Part shown: one piece after another, positions 9,913 through 18,908 of the stretch
How positions within the stretch are numbered: position 1 is the stretch's first letter
Layout of the letters: every line of letters starts with the position of its first letter
Source of the DNA: Gammaproteobacteria bacterium
GTDB taxonomy: Bacteria; Pseudomonadota; Gammaproteobacteria; Steroidobacterales; PWYM01
Assembly: GCA_007127715.1 (NCBI GenBank)
Contig: SKYU01000003.1
Coordinates: forward strand, 2,507-66,506
Length of the DNA stretch: 64,000 nucleotides
Reading direction: 5' to 3'
Notes under the pieces: model-generated
Databases searched by the model: none
The model's input: the letters and a program-made list of their open reading frames with translations, nothing else
What the model was told of the DNA's origin: nothing
Translations under genes and position numbers: made by a program

Positions 9913-11223
9913 CTACTGCACCTCGGGCAGTCGCATCGCAACCAGTGCCGCGGCCAGAGAGCACATCGCGAGCAGCAGCACGAGGCCGCCGGCCCCCAGC
10001 GCCCCGGCAAGCAGGCCAACGCCGCTGGCCAACAGCAGGGCGATCCCGATCAGGGTGTTGCTCAGCGCGACATAGGACGCGCGGGTCGAGGCACTGGCCA
10101 TGTCCACGAGGTAGGTCTTGCGGCCGATGCGCACGCCGCTGTGCGCCACGCCGAGTACGAAAAACAGCGCTGCGAACACCCATGCCGAATGCGCGGTGTC
10201 CAGCCGACCGTAACCGAAGGCAAACAGCCCGCCGAGTCCTGCAGTCAGGGCGGCCGCCACCAGCACCCTGCGGCTCGACCGGTCGGCCAGGCGGCCCCAG
10301 ACCGCCGAAGACAGCAGCGAGGCGAGCCCCGTGGCTATGATCATCAGGCCCAGCGCGCCAATGCTGCTGTCGGTCAGCTCGCGGGTCAGCACCACGTAGA
10401 ACGGGGCGGCCAGCGCGGTCGACAGCAGCAGGGTGCGCACATACAGGAAATGGCGCAGGCGGGCATCCTCGCGCAGCAGCCGCAGGCTGCGCCACGCCTC
10501 GGCCAGTGCGCTGGCACCGCCCTCGGTGGCGCCCTCCGGCTCCAGCACCTGGGCGTAGACGGCGGCCGCGAACAGCCAGAGCAGCCCGGCGCCGATCAGC
10601 AGCCAGGAAAACACCGCCAACGACGGGCTGTCCGAACCCACGAAATGCAGCCAGCCGCCGACCAGCAGCGACACGGCACCGGCGGCCGAGGAGGCATAGC
10701 CGCTGACCGAGCCGCGGCGGGTCTTCGACACGGTCTTGCCTTCGACATCCTTCAGCGAAACCGAACACACGCCGCGGGCGAGCGCGAACACCACCAGCAG
10801 CGAGAGCACAAGCCCACCGGCGACGGCGCCCTCGAACACCAGCACCACCGGCACCATCGCCACCACGGCCAGACCCTGACCGATGCTGCCGGCAACCCAG
10901 AACCACTTGCGCAGCCGATAACGGCGCATCACCCCTGCCACAGCCAGTTGTGGCAGCAGCGACAGCGACTCGCGGATCGGCACCAGCATGGCGATCATCA
11001 CTGCCGGCGCGCCGAGGGTGGCAAGCATCCACGCCAGCACCGTCTTCACGTCCATCAGCAGATCACCCGCCTTGGTGGCGATCAGCGCGACGATGTGGAC
11101 AAAATAGTTTCGCGGCTGGTGACGGCAGGCGTCGTCCGGGATGTCGCGACAGACCCGGGCATCCTCGTCACCGGTGGCAAGATCGTACAGGCGGGTGAGC
11201 AGTGCGCTCGAGGCTCTGGACAT
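9913..11223 (-). CDS. MFS transporter
   Basis: Start chosen at MSRASSALLTRLYDL (436 aa). About 12 predicted TM helices. A conserved cytoplasmic N-terminal block RVCRDIPDDACRHQPRNYF precedes the first helix. Confidence 0.8.
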   Translation of the reverse strand: MSRASSALLTRLYDLATGDEDARVCRDIPDDACRHQPRNYFVHIVALIATKAGDLLMDVKTVLAWMLATLGAPAVMIAMLVPIRESLSLLPQLAVAGVMRRYRLRKWFWVAGSIGQGLAVVAMVPVVLVFEGAVAGGLVLSLLVVFALARGVCSVSLKDVEGKTVSKTRRGSVSGYASSAAGAVSLLVGGWLHFVGSDSPSLAVFSWLLIGAGLLWLFAAAVYAQVLEPEGATEGGASALAEAWRSLRLLREDARLRHFLYVRTLLLSTALAAPFYVVLTRELTDSSIGALGLMIIATGLASLLSSAVWGRLADRSSRRVLVAAALTAGLGGLFAFGYGRLDTAHSAWVFAALFFVLGVAHSGVRIGRKTYLVDMASASTRASYVALSNTLIGIALLLASGVGLLAGALGAGGLVLLLAMCSLAAALVAMRLPEVQ

Positions 11224-11403
11224 GCGGGCTTCCCTGACCGAGATGCGGACTGACGTGGCCCGCCGTGCTGCGCTACCATAGTCCTCTTTGGGGGTCGACG
11301 GCGGTCGGGCCTGCATTATAGGCAGGCCTCTCCGGCATCGGCGAATGACACGGAAGTGCATGCACCCGGACACGGGCCATGCCGGGGTCGAACAGGAGAC
11401 ATC

Positions 11404-12015
11404 ATGAGCTACCAGCTACCCGCGCTTGATTACGATCTCAAGGCGCTCGAACCGCATCTTTCCAGCGAGATTCTCGAGCTGCACCACGGCAAGCACCACG
11501 CCGCCTACGTGGCCGGCGCCAACACCACCCTCGAGAAACTGGCCGACGCCCGCCAGGGCAAGGATTTCGGCAAGATCAACCAGCTCTCCAAGGATCTGGC
11601 ATTCCACCTCTCCGGGCATGTGCTGCACGCGCTGTTCTGGAAAAACCTCGGGCCGAACGGCGGGGGCGATCCCGGCGGGGCGCTCGCCGAGCAGATCAAC
11701 CGGGATTTCGGTTCCATCGACGGCTTCCGCGAGCAGTTCACCGCCGCCGCCATGGGCATCCAGGGCTCCGGCTGGGCGGCGCTGTCCTGGGAGCCGGTCG
11801 CCGGCCAGCTGCTGGTCCACCAGGTCTATGACCACCAGACCAACTTCGGCCAGGGCACCACGCCCATCCTGGTACTGGACATGTGGGAACACGCCTTCTA
11901 CCTGCAGTACCGCAACGTCAAGGCGGACTGGGTGAAGGGCTACTGGAACATCGTCAACTGGCAGGACGTCGCAGACCGCCTGGCCAGGGTCAGCAAGGGC
12001 CCGGCAGCGGTCTGA
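11404..12015 (+). CDS. Fe/Mn superoxide dismutase
   Basis: [28 protein letters not shown]...[28 protein letters not shown] lies 7 nt upstream of the ATG at 11404. Metal specificity cannot be called. Confidence 0.95.
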   Translation: MSYQLPALDYDLKALEPHLSSEILELHHGKHHAAYVAGANTTLEKLADARQGKDFGKINQLSKDLAFHLSGHVLHALFWKNLGPNGGGDPGGALAEQINRDFGSIDGFREQFTAAAMGIQGSGWAALSWEPVAGQLLVHQVYDHQTNFGQGTTPILVLDMWEHAFYLQYRNVKADWVKGYWNIVNWQDVADRLARVSKGPAAV

Positions 12016-12037
12016 TCCGCCCAGCGCCTGCGCATCG

Positions 12038-12066
12038 AAAAGCGGCCTCCGGGCCGCTTTTCTTTT
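12038..12066. terminator. Rho-independent terminator, bidirectional (A-tract / hairpin / T-tract)
   Basis: AAAAGCGGCC-TCCG-GGCCGCTTTTCTTTT lies between the convergent stops at 12015 (+) and 12072 (-). Confidence 0.85.
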
Positions 12067-12071
12067 GCGCC

Positions 12072-13292
12072 TCAGGCGAGCAGCCCGCGCTCGGCCTCCA
12101 GCGCGGTGATCAGCCGGGCGATATCGCGCTCGTCGTTGTAGAAGTGGAAGGACGCGCGCACATTACCGTCACGGCAGGAAGTGACGATGCCGTGTGCGGC
12201 CAGCCGCTCGACCAGCGCAGCCTGGTCGCGCGCGCGAATGGCGACGGTCGCCCCGCGGCGATCCGGGTCCAGGGGCGTCGCCACGGCGATCCCGCTGTCC
12301 GCCAGCGCCTCCAGGCACCGGGTCACCAGGCCCTCGACCCGTGCGCCAACCGCAGCCATGCCGACATGCCGGAGGATGGCGATGCCCGCGGCGGCGGCCT
12401 GGGCATTCGCCACACCCGGCGTACCGGCCTCGAAGCGCCGGGCATCAGGTGCCGGGACGTGCCGGGTGATATCCATCGCGGCCACGTCGGCCTGCGCGAG
12501 CCAACCCGTGGCGAGCGGTTCCAGCGCGGGCACGAGTTCCCCCCGGACAAACAGAAACCCGCTGCCCGAGGTCCCCAGCAGGTACTTCATCATCCCGCCA
12601 ACCGCGAAATCCACCCCCAGGGCCCGGAGATCCAGCGGTCCTGCCCCAACGGACTGGTAAGCGTCCAGCAGCACCCGGGCACCGCGCGCATGGGCCAGTT
12701 CGACGATCGCGGGGATATCCAGCCGCGCGCCGTTGCGATAGCAGATGTGGGTGACGGCGACCAGCGCCGTGCGCTCGTCGATCAGGCGTTCGAAATGCGC
12801 CAACGGCACCGACGTTCCGTCGGCACTGGCTGGGACATGGACGACCTCGGCACCGCGCCGGGCCTGGGCATGCCAGATCTGGGCGCTGGTCGGGAATTCG
12901 AAGTCGCTGACCACGACCCGGCGCCTCGGACCGTCGAACGACAGCGCGCTGGCCAGGCTGTTGAGCCCGGCGGAGGCGGATGCCGTGAGCGCGAGCTCGG
13001 CGGCCTCGACACCCAGCAGGCCGGCCAGCGAGGCCCGGAGGGCCTCGAAGCGCTCCAACCAGAGGCCCCAGTCGGCACCCTCCTGCATCCGCAGGTCGAG
13101 GTAATCCTCCATCGCAGCACGCACCGACAACGCGAGGGCGCCACAGGAACCGGAGTTGAGATAGGTCCGGCGGGCAAGAATGGGAAACTGCGTCCGCCAG
13201 CCCGCCCAGTCCCCGGCGCCCGGCCAGCCCTCCCCCCCTGCGGCGGGGACGTCGCCTGCCGCCCAGGGCGGGCGAGACGCCTGATCGCCCAC
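12072..13292 (-). CDS. Class V-fold PLP-dependent enzyme (kynureninase-like)
   Basis: ORF 12072..13439. The proposed GTG start at 13292 lies 1 nt after the upstream stop (TGAGGTG). The putative PLP-lysine block DFAVGGMMKYLLGTSGSGFLFVR resembles the kynureninase KYL motif. Confidence 0.75.
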   Translation of the reverse strand: MGDQASRPPWAAGDVPAAGGEGWPGAGDWAGWRTQFPILARRTYLNSGSCGALALSVRAAMEDYLDLRMQEGADWGLWLERFEALRASLAGLLGVEAAELALTASASAGLNSLASALSFDGPRRRVVVSDFEFPTSAQIWHAQARRGAEVVHVPASADGTSVPLAHFERLIDERTALVAVTHICYRNGARLDIPAIVELAHARGARVLLDAYQSVGAGPLDLRALGVDFAVGGMMKYLLGTSGSGFLFVRGELVPALEPLATGWLAQADVAAMDITRHVPAPDARRFEAGTPGVANAQAAAAGIAILRHVGMAAVGARVEGLVTRCLEALADSGIAVATPLDPDRRGATVAIRARDQAALVERLAAHGIVTSCRDGNVRASFHFYNDERDIARLITALEAERGLLA

Positions 13293-13293
13293 C

Positions 13294-14499
13294 TCAACCG
13301 GCCTGTGCACGCGGCGCGAGCAGCGCCCGCAATCGCGCAATCTCGGCGTGACGACTGGGGATGTCGTCACGGGGCGCCGCCTGACGAAGGTCACGCAGCC
13401 GCTCCAGCCCCGGCAGCAGCACCGACAGGGGCGGACCACTGGCCGTCACGTCGCCCTGCTCCTCCTCGGGCAATGCGCGGGCCGGCAACTCGATGAACCG
13501 GCGCACCAGCTGATCGTGGTGCTGACCGGCGGTCTCGCCGTGCAGGGCGCAGACCGCCAGGAAACGCTCCGTCACGGTCTGGAACCAGGGCTGGTCGGCC
13601 GACTCTGGCGCCGCCTCCATCAGGGCATCGAGCAGGCTGCGCCGACGCATGCAGTCCCGCAGCCGCTGCTGATCCTCGGGCAGCATGTAGAGAAACTTGT
13701 CCACCAGCAGCTGCGAGTACTCCGCATGATCGGCCCGGCACAGCCCGAGCAGCAGGTCGATCTCGTTGATGCCGGCGAAATCGCCCGCATTGGCCCCGCG
13801 ATAAACGTGCAGCCCGACACGGTAGGGCTTGAGATAAGGCCGTACGCAATAGAAGAAGCGCTCGATATCGAGCGCCGCGAACAGTGCCTCGTTACCGCGC
13901 CGGACGTCGTCCAGCGCCGCAGCGGCGTCGTCGAGCAGGTAGGGCACCGCAGGATGGGAAATGCCCATCGGCAGCGTCCGCACCAGGGCATCGGCCGCGC
14001 GCTTGTACGCCAGGATGCCACGGGTGTTGTAGTCGAAGAAGATGCGCTCCGCCTCCAGCCGGGTGAACCGCTTGTAGACCCCGTCGCGCGCCGGGTTATG
14101 GGTGGTGAGATGGCTGGTCGCGAAGCGCGGCGTCACGCCCAGCGAGGCCCCCAGGTGCAGGGCCAGCGCCGAGGCGTCCTGCAGCGGCGAGCGTGTCTCG
14201 CGGGCCGGATCGGTCAGGCCATGCCGCCGACAGGCGGCCATGAACATGCCGAGGTTGCCCAGCAGGTCGAACGCGGCCTCGAACCCCTCGTCGGTGTTGC
14301 CCTCGGCCAGCAGCCGGGAGACATGCTGATGCCCGCTGTCCAGCAGCTCGCGGCGCAGCGCCGCACCCGCTTCCGGCACGACGTGCCGGTCGGGCTGGCT
14401 GAAATAAAGCTCCTCGAGCTCGGTGTTGATCGCCACGAAACGCTCGCGGATCCAGTCGTCGAACGCCCGGGCATTGGGGGTCATGTTCATCGCGCTCAC
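13294..14499 (-). CDS. PrnB-like / DUF1864 family protein (heme-dependent IDO/TDO superfamily)
   Basis: 401 aa. The block FFYCVRPYLKPYRVGLHVYRGANAGDFAGINEIDLLLG parallels PrnB [28 protein letters not shown] as recalled from memory. Confidence 0.6.
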   Translation of the reverse strand: MSAMNMTPNARAFDDWIRERFVAINTELEELYFSQPDRHVVPEAGAALRRELLDSGHQHVSRLLAEGNTDEGFEAAFDLLGNLGMFMAACRRHGLTDPARETRSPLQDASALALHLGASLGVTPRFATSHLTTHNPARDGVYKRFTRLEAERIFFDYNTRGILAYKRAADALVRTLPMGISHPAVPYLLDDAAAALDDVRRGNEALFAALDIERFFYCVRPYLKPYRVGLHVYRGANAGDFAGINEIDLLLGLCRADHAEYSQLLVDKFLYMLPEDQQRLRDCMRRRSLLDALMEAAPESADQPWFQTVTERFLAVCALHGETAGQHHDQLVRRFIELPARALPEEEQGDVTASGPPLSVLLPGLERLRDLRQAAPRDDIPSRHAEIARLRALLAPRAQAG

Positions 14500-14598
14500 C
14501 TATGGCCCATCAACGGGCCGCTTGCTGCCATCCCTGCCAGAATGCACTCTAACAGCGAAGGTGGGCACGATGACTGCAAGATCAGCTACATGAAGAGC

Positions 14599-15876
14599 TC
14601 ATTTTGGTGGAATCCTGCGCCAGTCGTGGCGGAACACCTGGCCACCCTTCATGACGAAACCGAGGCTGCGCAGCGCCGAGATGTCCTCCAGGGGATTGCC
14701 CTCGATGGCCACGATATCGGCATGCTTGCCCACCGAGAGCGAACCTAGCGTGTCATCCATGCCGAGCATGCGCGCCGATTCCAGCGTGGCGGAACGCAGC
14801 GCCTGCAGCGGCGTCATGCCCGCCTCGACGTAGTACTCCGCCTCGCGCACGGTGGCCGTCGTGCCATCGTTCGGCTCATAGGGGAACTGGTCGGTGCCGA
14901 GCGCGATATTCACGCCCTCCTCGACCGCCATCTCCAGCGCACGCCAGTGGTCCTGGCCCACTTCGTAGACGCGTGCCATGTACCAGGGCGGTGAGCCGAT
15001 GCGTTCGAAGAAATCGAAGCTGGCGGGCTGGCTGACCACGATGGTCGGGACGTACCAGGTGCCGCGCTCGGCCATCAGGCGCAGGGTGGGGCGCTGCAGG
15101 AAGTAACCGTGCTCCACGCCATGCACCCCGAGTTCGACCGCTTCGCGGGTGGCGTGATCGGAACCGGAGTGGGCCGTGACCTTGATGCCGTGCCGCTCGG
15201 CGATATCCACCACCGCCGAGATCTCGTCGGCGGTCATCAGCCCCTGGCCGATCCCACCGACGGGCGTCGCGATGCCGCCGGAGATGGCGATCTTCAGCCA
15301 CTGCGCGCCGGCACGCACCTGCAGCCGGGCCGCCTTGCGCATCTCGTAGGGCCCGTCGAAGTGTGTCCCCATGCTCGCGCCGTGTCCGCCGGTGATGTTG
15401 ATCATCTCGCCGGAGGACACGATGCGCGGGCCAGGGAGCACACCGCGATCGATGGCACGGGCCAGAGCGATGTCAGCGTGGCGCCGGTCACCGGGCTGGC
15501 GGATGGTCGTCACCCCGCTGTAGAGGCTCTTGCGGGCATTCTCGGCCATGCGCAGCACCAGCTGGGCATCGCTCTCCGTGGCATGTTCCGCAGCCATCAG
15601 CCCCGGCAGGATGAGCCCCAGGTGCACGTGCATGTTCATCAGCCCCGGGACGAGCCATTTGCCCTCCAGGTCGATCCGCTCGGCATCATCAGGCACCGGG
15701 GTCTCGGCCGCCGGCCCCGCAGCAGCGATCCGCCCTTCGCGGATCACCACTACGGCGTCGGGAATGACCCGGCCCTCGACCACATCGACCAGCGCCGCCC
15801 CGACGATGGCGCGGGTGTCAGCCGCGAACAGCGGCTGTGAGAGCAGCAGGGCCGCGACGAACAGCAGTCTCTTCAT
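14599..15876 (-). CDS. Periplasmic amidohydrolase-family metallohydrolase
   Basis: Signal peptide MKRLLFVAALLLSQPLFA. HxH metal motif LMNMHVHLG. Later H, H and D ligands are present (KVTAHSG, GVHGVEHG, GTDQ). Confidence 0.88.
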   Translation of the reverse strand: MKRLLFVAALLLSQPLFAADTRAIVGAALVDVVEGRVIPDAVVVIREGRIAAAGPAAETPVPDDAERIDLEGKWLVPGLMNMHVHLGLILPGLMAAEHATESDAQLVLRMAENARKSLYSGVTTIRQPGDRRHADIALARAIDRGVLPGPRIVSSGEMINITGGHGASMGTHFDGPYEMRKAARLQVRAGAQWLKIAISGGIATPVGGIGQGLMTADEISAVVDIAERHGIKVTAHSGSDHATREAVELGVHGVEHGYFLQRPTLRLMAERGTWYVPTIVVSQPASFDFFERIGSPPWYMARVYEVGQDHWRALEMAVEEGVNIALGTDQFPYEPNDGTTATVREAEYYVEAGMTPLQALRSATLESARMLGMDDTLGSLSVGKHADIVAIEGNPLEDISALRSLGFVMKGGQVFRHDWRRIPPK

Positions 15877-15892
15877 GCCGGCCTCCCTGCGC

Positions 15893-18223
15893 TTACAGGC
15901 GAACGGTCAGGCGTACGCCGTAGTTGCGGAACGAGGGCACCACATGCAGCCCGCCGAAAAACGCCTTCTGATAGGAGTTGGTGAAGAAGTTGTTGTCGAA
16001 CACGTTCTCCACATAGGCCGTCATGTCCCAGCGCTCGGTACGGATCCCCGCCCGCAGGTTGACCTGGTTGAAACCCGGCACCTCCCAGGGGAAGCCTTCC
16101 TGTACCAGCGAGTTGATGTTGGCCACGTTGCGCGAGCGCGCGAACCACTCACCCCGGACGAAAGCCTCGTTCCCGTTGCCCAGTTCGAAGTTGTACTGGG
16201 CATCGGCGTTCGCCGTCAGCCGGGGTGCGTTGGGAATCCGCCGCCCGGTGAGATCGACGAAACGGCCGTCGATGAAGGCGCCATCGAAGCTGTCGAACTT
16301 GGCGTTCAGGTAGCCGACACCCAGGCCGACGACCAGGTTGTCGGTCACCAGCGCCAGTGCGTCGAGTTCGACGCCATAGTTCTCTGCTTCTGCGGCGTTG
16401 AGAATCGCCGCAATGAAGGCGATGTTGCCGTCGGGGCGCTGGACACCGACGGCGGTGTTCACCTGCATGTCCTTCCAATCCATGTAGAAGGCCGCGGCGT
16501 TCAACCGCAGGCGCCGGTCGAAGAGCTCGGACTTCACGCCGACCTCGTAGCTCCATACGGTCTCCTCGTCGAAGTCCTCGCGCTCACCCTCACCTGCCAG
16601 CGCGATGTTCGTCTGGATCCCGCCGCTCTTGTAGCCACGCGCCACGCTGCCGTAGAGGTTGATCTCGTCGGTCAAGGCCCAGGTCAGCGCTGCCGAGGGC
16701 GAGAAGTCGGTGTAGCGGGTCGACCCCTCGGCGAAGGCGGTGATCACGGGGGGATCGCCCGAAGTCCGGAAGGTCAGCGAATCGATCTCGTCGCGGGTGA
16801 CGCGCGCGCCGAGCTTGAGCGACAGCCGGTCGCTGAGATCGTAGAAGAGCTCGCCATAGACCGCATAGCTCTCGAACTCTCCGGTGGAACCCGAGGAGGT
16901 CACCTGCTGGCCGGGCTGGAACGGCAGGCCGCTGACAAACTGGTTGCCCGGATCATTGGGGTCGAAGGCGTTGCCGGCAAAGGTGAACTGATCCTGGCTG
17001 CCGCGATCGCGCGCATAGATGACGCCCGCGCTCCAGTTCAGCGGACCTTCCAGCGCCGAAACCAGCCGGAACTCCTGGGTGAAGGAGTCGCGGAACAGCG
17101 GCTTGGTCTCGAAAAACGCATCCACACTTCCGCCGTCGATGTCACCCCGCAGGAATTCATCCTTGTCGATATAGCCGGTGATGCTGATCAGCGACAGGTT
17201 GTCCCAGTCGTACTGGGCCCGCGCCATCAGATAATAGAACTTGTTGCCGACGCTCTGGCCGCGGTTGAAGTTCACGCGGTTGCGGTTTTCCGGAAAGAAA
17301 CCGACCCCGTCGGGATTGGCCTCCGGGCCGAACAGGAACGCGCCAAAACTGGACATCACGCCCGAGGGTACGCCCTCACGCATGCCGACCTCCTCGTCGA
17401 CGTACGTGCCGGTGACGTCGAGGGTGAAGCGCTCGGTGGGCGTCCAGCGCACCGTGCCGCGCAGGTACTGGTATTTGGAGTCGTTGCCCCCACCAATCGG
17501 GTTGATGTTGCGGATATGTCCGTCGGTCTGGGCGAATTTGCCGGCAAAACGCACGGCGAGCGTATCTTCGATGATCGGCACGTTGAGAACCGACTCGACG
17601 TCGATCGAATTGAACCGCGCGTAGCCGACCGAGTTTTCCATGAACAGCTCGTTGTCGGGCTTGCGGGTCACCAGGTTGATCGCGCCACCGACGGCATTGC
17701 GGCCGAAGCCGGTGCCCTGCGGACCGCGCAGCACCTCGATGCGTTCCATGTCCAGGATCGGCGGGTTGACCGTGGCCTGCACGACGTTGAATTCGTCGAC
17801 GTAGAAGCCGAAGGACTGCGGGCGCACGTCGATGTCGCGCGAGACCTGGTTGGTGACGCCGCGGATGCTGAGCTCACGACGGTCGCGCGAGCCCTCCTGG
17901 ATGAAGCTGACGTTCGGCGTGCGGAAGAAGAAATCGTCCACGCCCTGGATGTTGCTGAGCGTGATGTCTTCGGCCGTGAAGGCCGTGAGGCTGATCGGCA
18001 CGTCCTGCGCGACGTCTTCACGGCGCTGCGCGGTCACCACCACCTCGTCGAGCATCCGGGCGCCGCCCTCCTGTGCCGTGGCCGCGGCCGTCCAGCCGGC
18101 GGCCAGCAGGCTGGCACCGCACAGCAGCGCAACCTGACGACGGAGGTGGCGACGGCCGTCAATGGTGACGGAACGGGTGGATTCCTGGATTCTGCTCACG
18201 GTCTTTCTCTCCAGCTGGGTCAT
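15893..18223 (-). CDS. TonB-dependent receptor
   Basis: Signal peptide, TonB-box-like DEVVVTAQRR, plug domain (IEVLRGPQGTGFGRNAVGGAINLVT), and a long beta-barrel with alternating aromatic pattern. Confidence 0.93.
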   Translation of the reverse strand: MTQLERKTVSRIQESTRSVTIDGRRHLRRQVALLCGASLLAAGWTAAATAQEGGARMLDEVVVTAQRREDVAQDVPISLTAFTAEDITLSNIQGVDDFFFRTPNVSFIQEGSRDRRELSIRGVTNQVSRDIDVRPQSFGFYVDEFNVVQATVNPPILDMERIEVLRGPQGTGFGRNAVGGAINLVTRKPDNELFMENSVGYARFNSIDVESVLNVPIIEDTLAVRFAGKFAQTDGHIRNINPIGGGNDSKYQYLRGTVRWTPTERFTLDVTGTYVDEEVGMREGVPSGVMSSFGAFLFGPEANPDGVGFFPENRNRVNFNRGQSVGNKFYYLMARAQYDWDNLSLISITGYIDKDEFLRGDIDGGSVDAFFETKPLFRDSFTQEFRLVSALEGPLNWSAGVIYARDRGSQDQFTFAGNAFDPNDPGNQFVSGLPFQPGQQVTSSGSTGEFESYAVYGELFYDLSDRLSLKLGARVTRDEIDSLTFRTSGDPPVITAFAEGSTRYTDFSPSAALTWALTDEINLYGSVARGYKSGGIQTNIALAGEGEREDFDEETVWSYEVGVKSELFDRRLRLNAAAFYMDWKDMQVNTAVGVQRPDGNIAFIAAILNAAEAENYGVELDALALVTDNLVVGLGVGYLNAKFDSFDGAFIDGRFVDLTGRRIPNAPRLTANADAQYNFELGNGNEAFVRGEWFARSRNVANINSLVQEGFPWEVPGFNQVNLRAGIRTERWDMTAYVENVFDNNFFTNSYQKAFFGGLHVVPSFRNYGVRLTVRL

Positions 18224-18269
18224 GTTGAGCCTGTTGTCGACCGCCCCCTCGGGGCCGGCCAGCGATACT

Positions 18270-18725
18270 TCAGGGTGCCGGCGTGCCGACGAAATTGATC
18301 AGGGCGATGCGCCCGTCGGTGATCAGCGCGTAGCCCACCACCCGCTCCCAGCGCTCCTCACCCTCCCGGCGCGAGCGCACCAGATGCGAAGTGAAGGTCC
18401 GGTCGCCGTCCGAAAACCCCTGGTCGAAGGGCAGGATGATTTCGACCTCTTCGGTTGCCGCCTGGATGTTGCGGAAATGACGGGCCAGGGCGACCGGGCC
18501 GACACCGCGCAGGTTGCCGTTGATCAGCATGACCGCGTCTTCGGTGTAGTAGCGTGCGAAGGCCTCGGGAGTGAAGCCCTCGGGATCCTGGTAGGCCTCG
18601 TTCCACCATTCGAACATCGCTTCGAGCACCCGGCCCGGGTCCTCTTCGGCCCGTGCGCTCCCGCTCATCAGCACCAGCAGCGCCAGCACGGCCCACGCTG
18701 CCCGCCACATCTGTCGTCCGTCCAT
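18270..18725 (-). CDS. Secreted NTF2-like protein (paralogue of the N-terminal domain of the DUF885 fusion)
   Basis: This is the C-terminal 151 aa of track ORF 18270..21149, starting at MDGRQMWRAAWAVLALLVLMSGSARA (signal peptide). It lies 46 nt upstream of the TonB-dependent receptor gene. Confidence 0.75.
   Translation of the reverse strand: MDGRQMWRAAWAVLALLVLMSGSARAEEDPGRVLEAMFEWWNEAYQDPEGFTPEAFARYYTEDAVMLINGNLRGVGPVALARHFRNIQAATEEVEIILPFDQGFSDGDRTFTSHLVRSRREGEERWERVVGYALITDGRIALINFVGTPAP
18570..18617 (-). repeat. Left arm of a 48-bp perfect inverted repeat (inside the NTF2-like CDS)
   Basis: The reverse complement equals 19002..19049 exactly (ATGTTCGAATGGTGGAACGAGGCCTACCAGGATCCCGAGGGCTTCACT). 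Confidence 0.95.
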
Positions 18726-18908
18726 GACAGCCACTCCCTTGTCCTGGATTCGCGCCGCGCTCCGCATCTGCGGGATGTCGCGGCCTGCCAACAGGGCGGT
18801 AGGAAACAACAAAAGCTGGCAATACGCAATGCGGATCGCGAGAATCACCGTCAGGGGAACACGCCGGCGGACCGGCGTGGCGTCCCACCAACAGCCATGG
18901 AGGGTGCC

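Noticed and set aside
12072-14499. Annotating the pair as canonical kynA/kynU (TDO plus kynureninase)
   Set aside because: The 401-aa protein resembles PrnB/DUF1864 rather than TDO, and no formamidase is present. I kept it as a non-canonical pair (see findings).
15530-18298. 922-aa plus-strand ORF
   Set aside because: It is antisense to a clear TonB-dependent receptor (plug and barrel motifs). The translation is Arg/Gly/His/Val/Asp-rich with no recognisable domain. Long stop-free antisense frames are expected at this GC content.
18804-18819. AAACAACAAAAGCTGG in the divergent NTF2/DUF885 promoter as a fifth operator copy
   Set aside because: It shares only the AAACA and GCT elements. It lacks the AGTC core, and its spacing is off by one. 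This is too weak to include in the motif.
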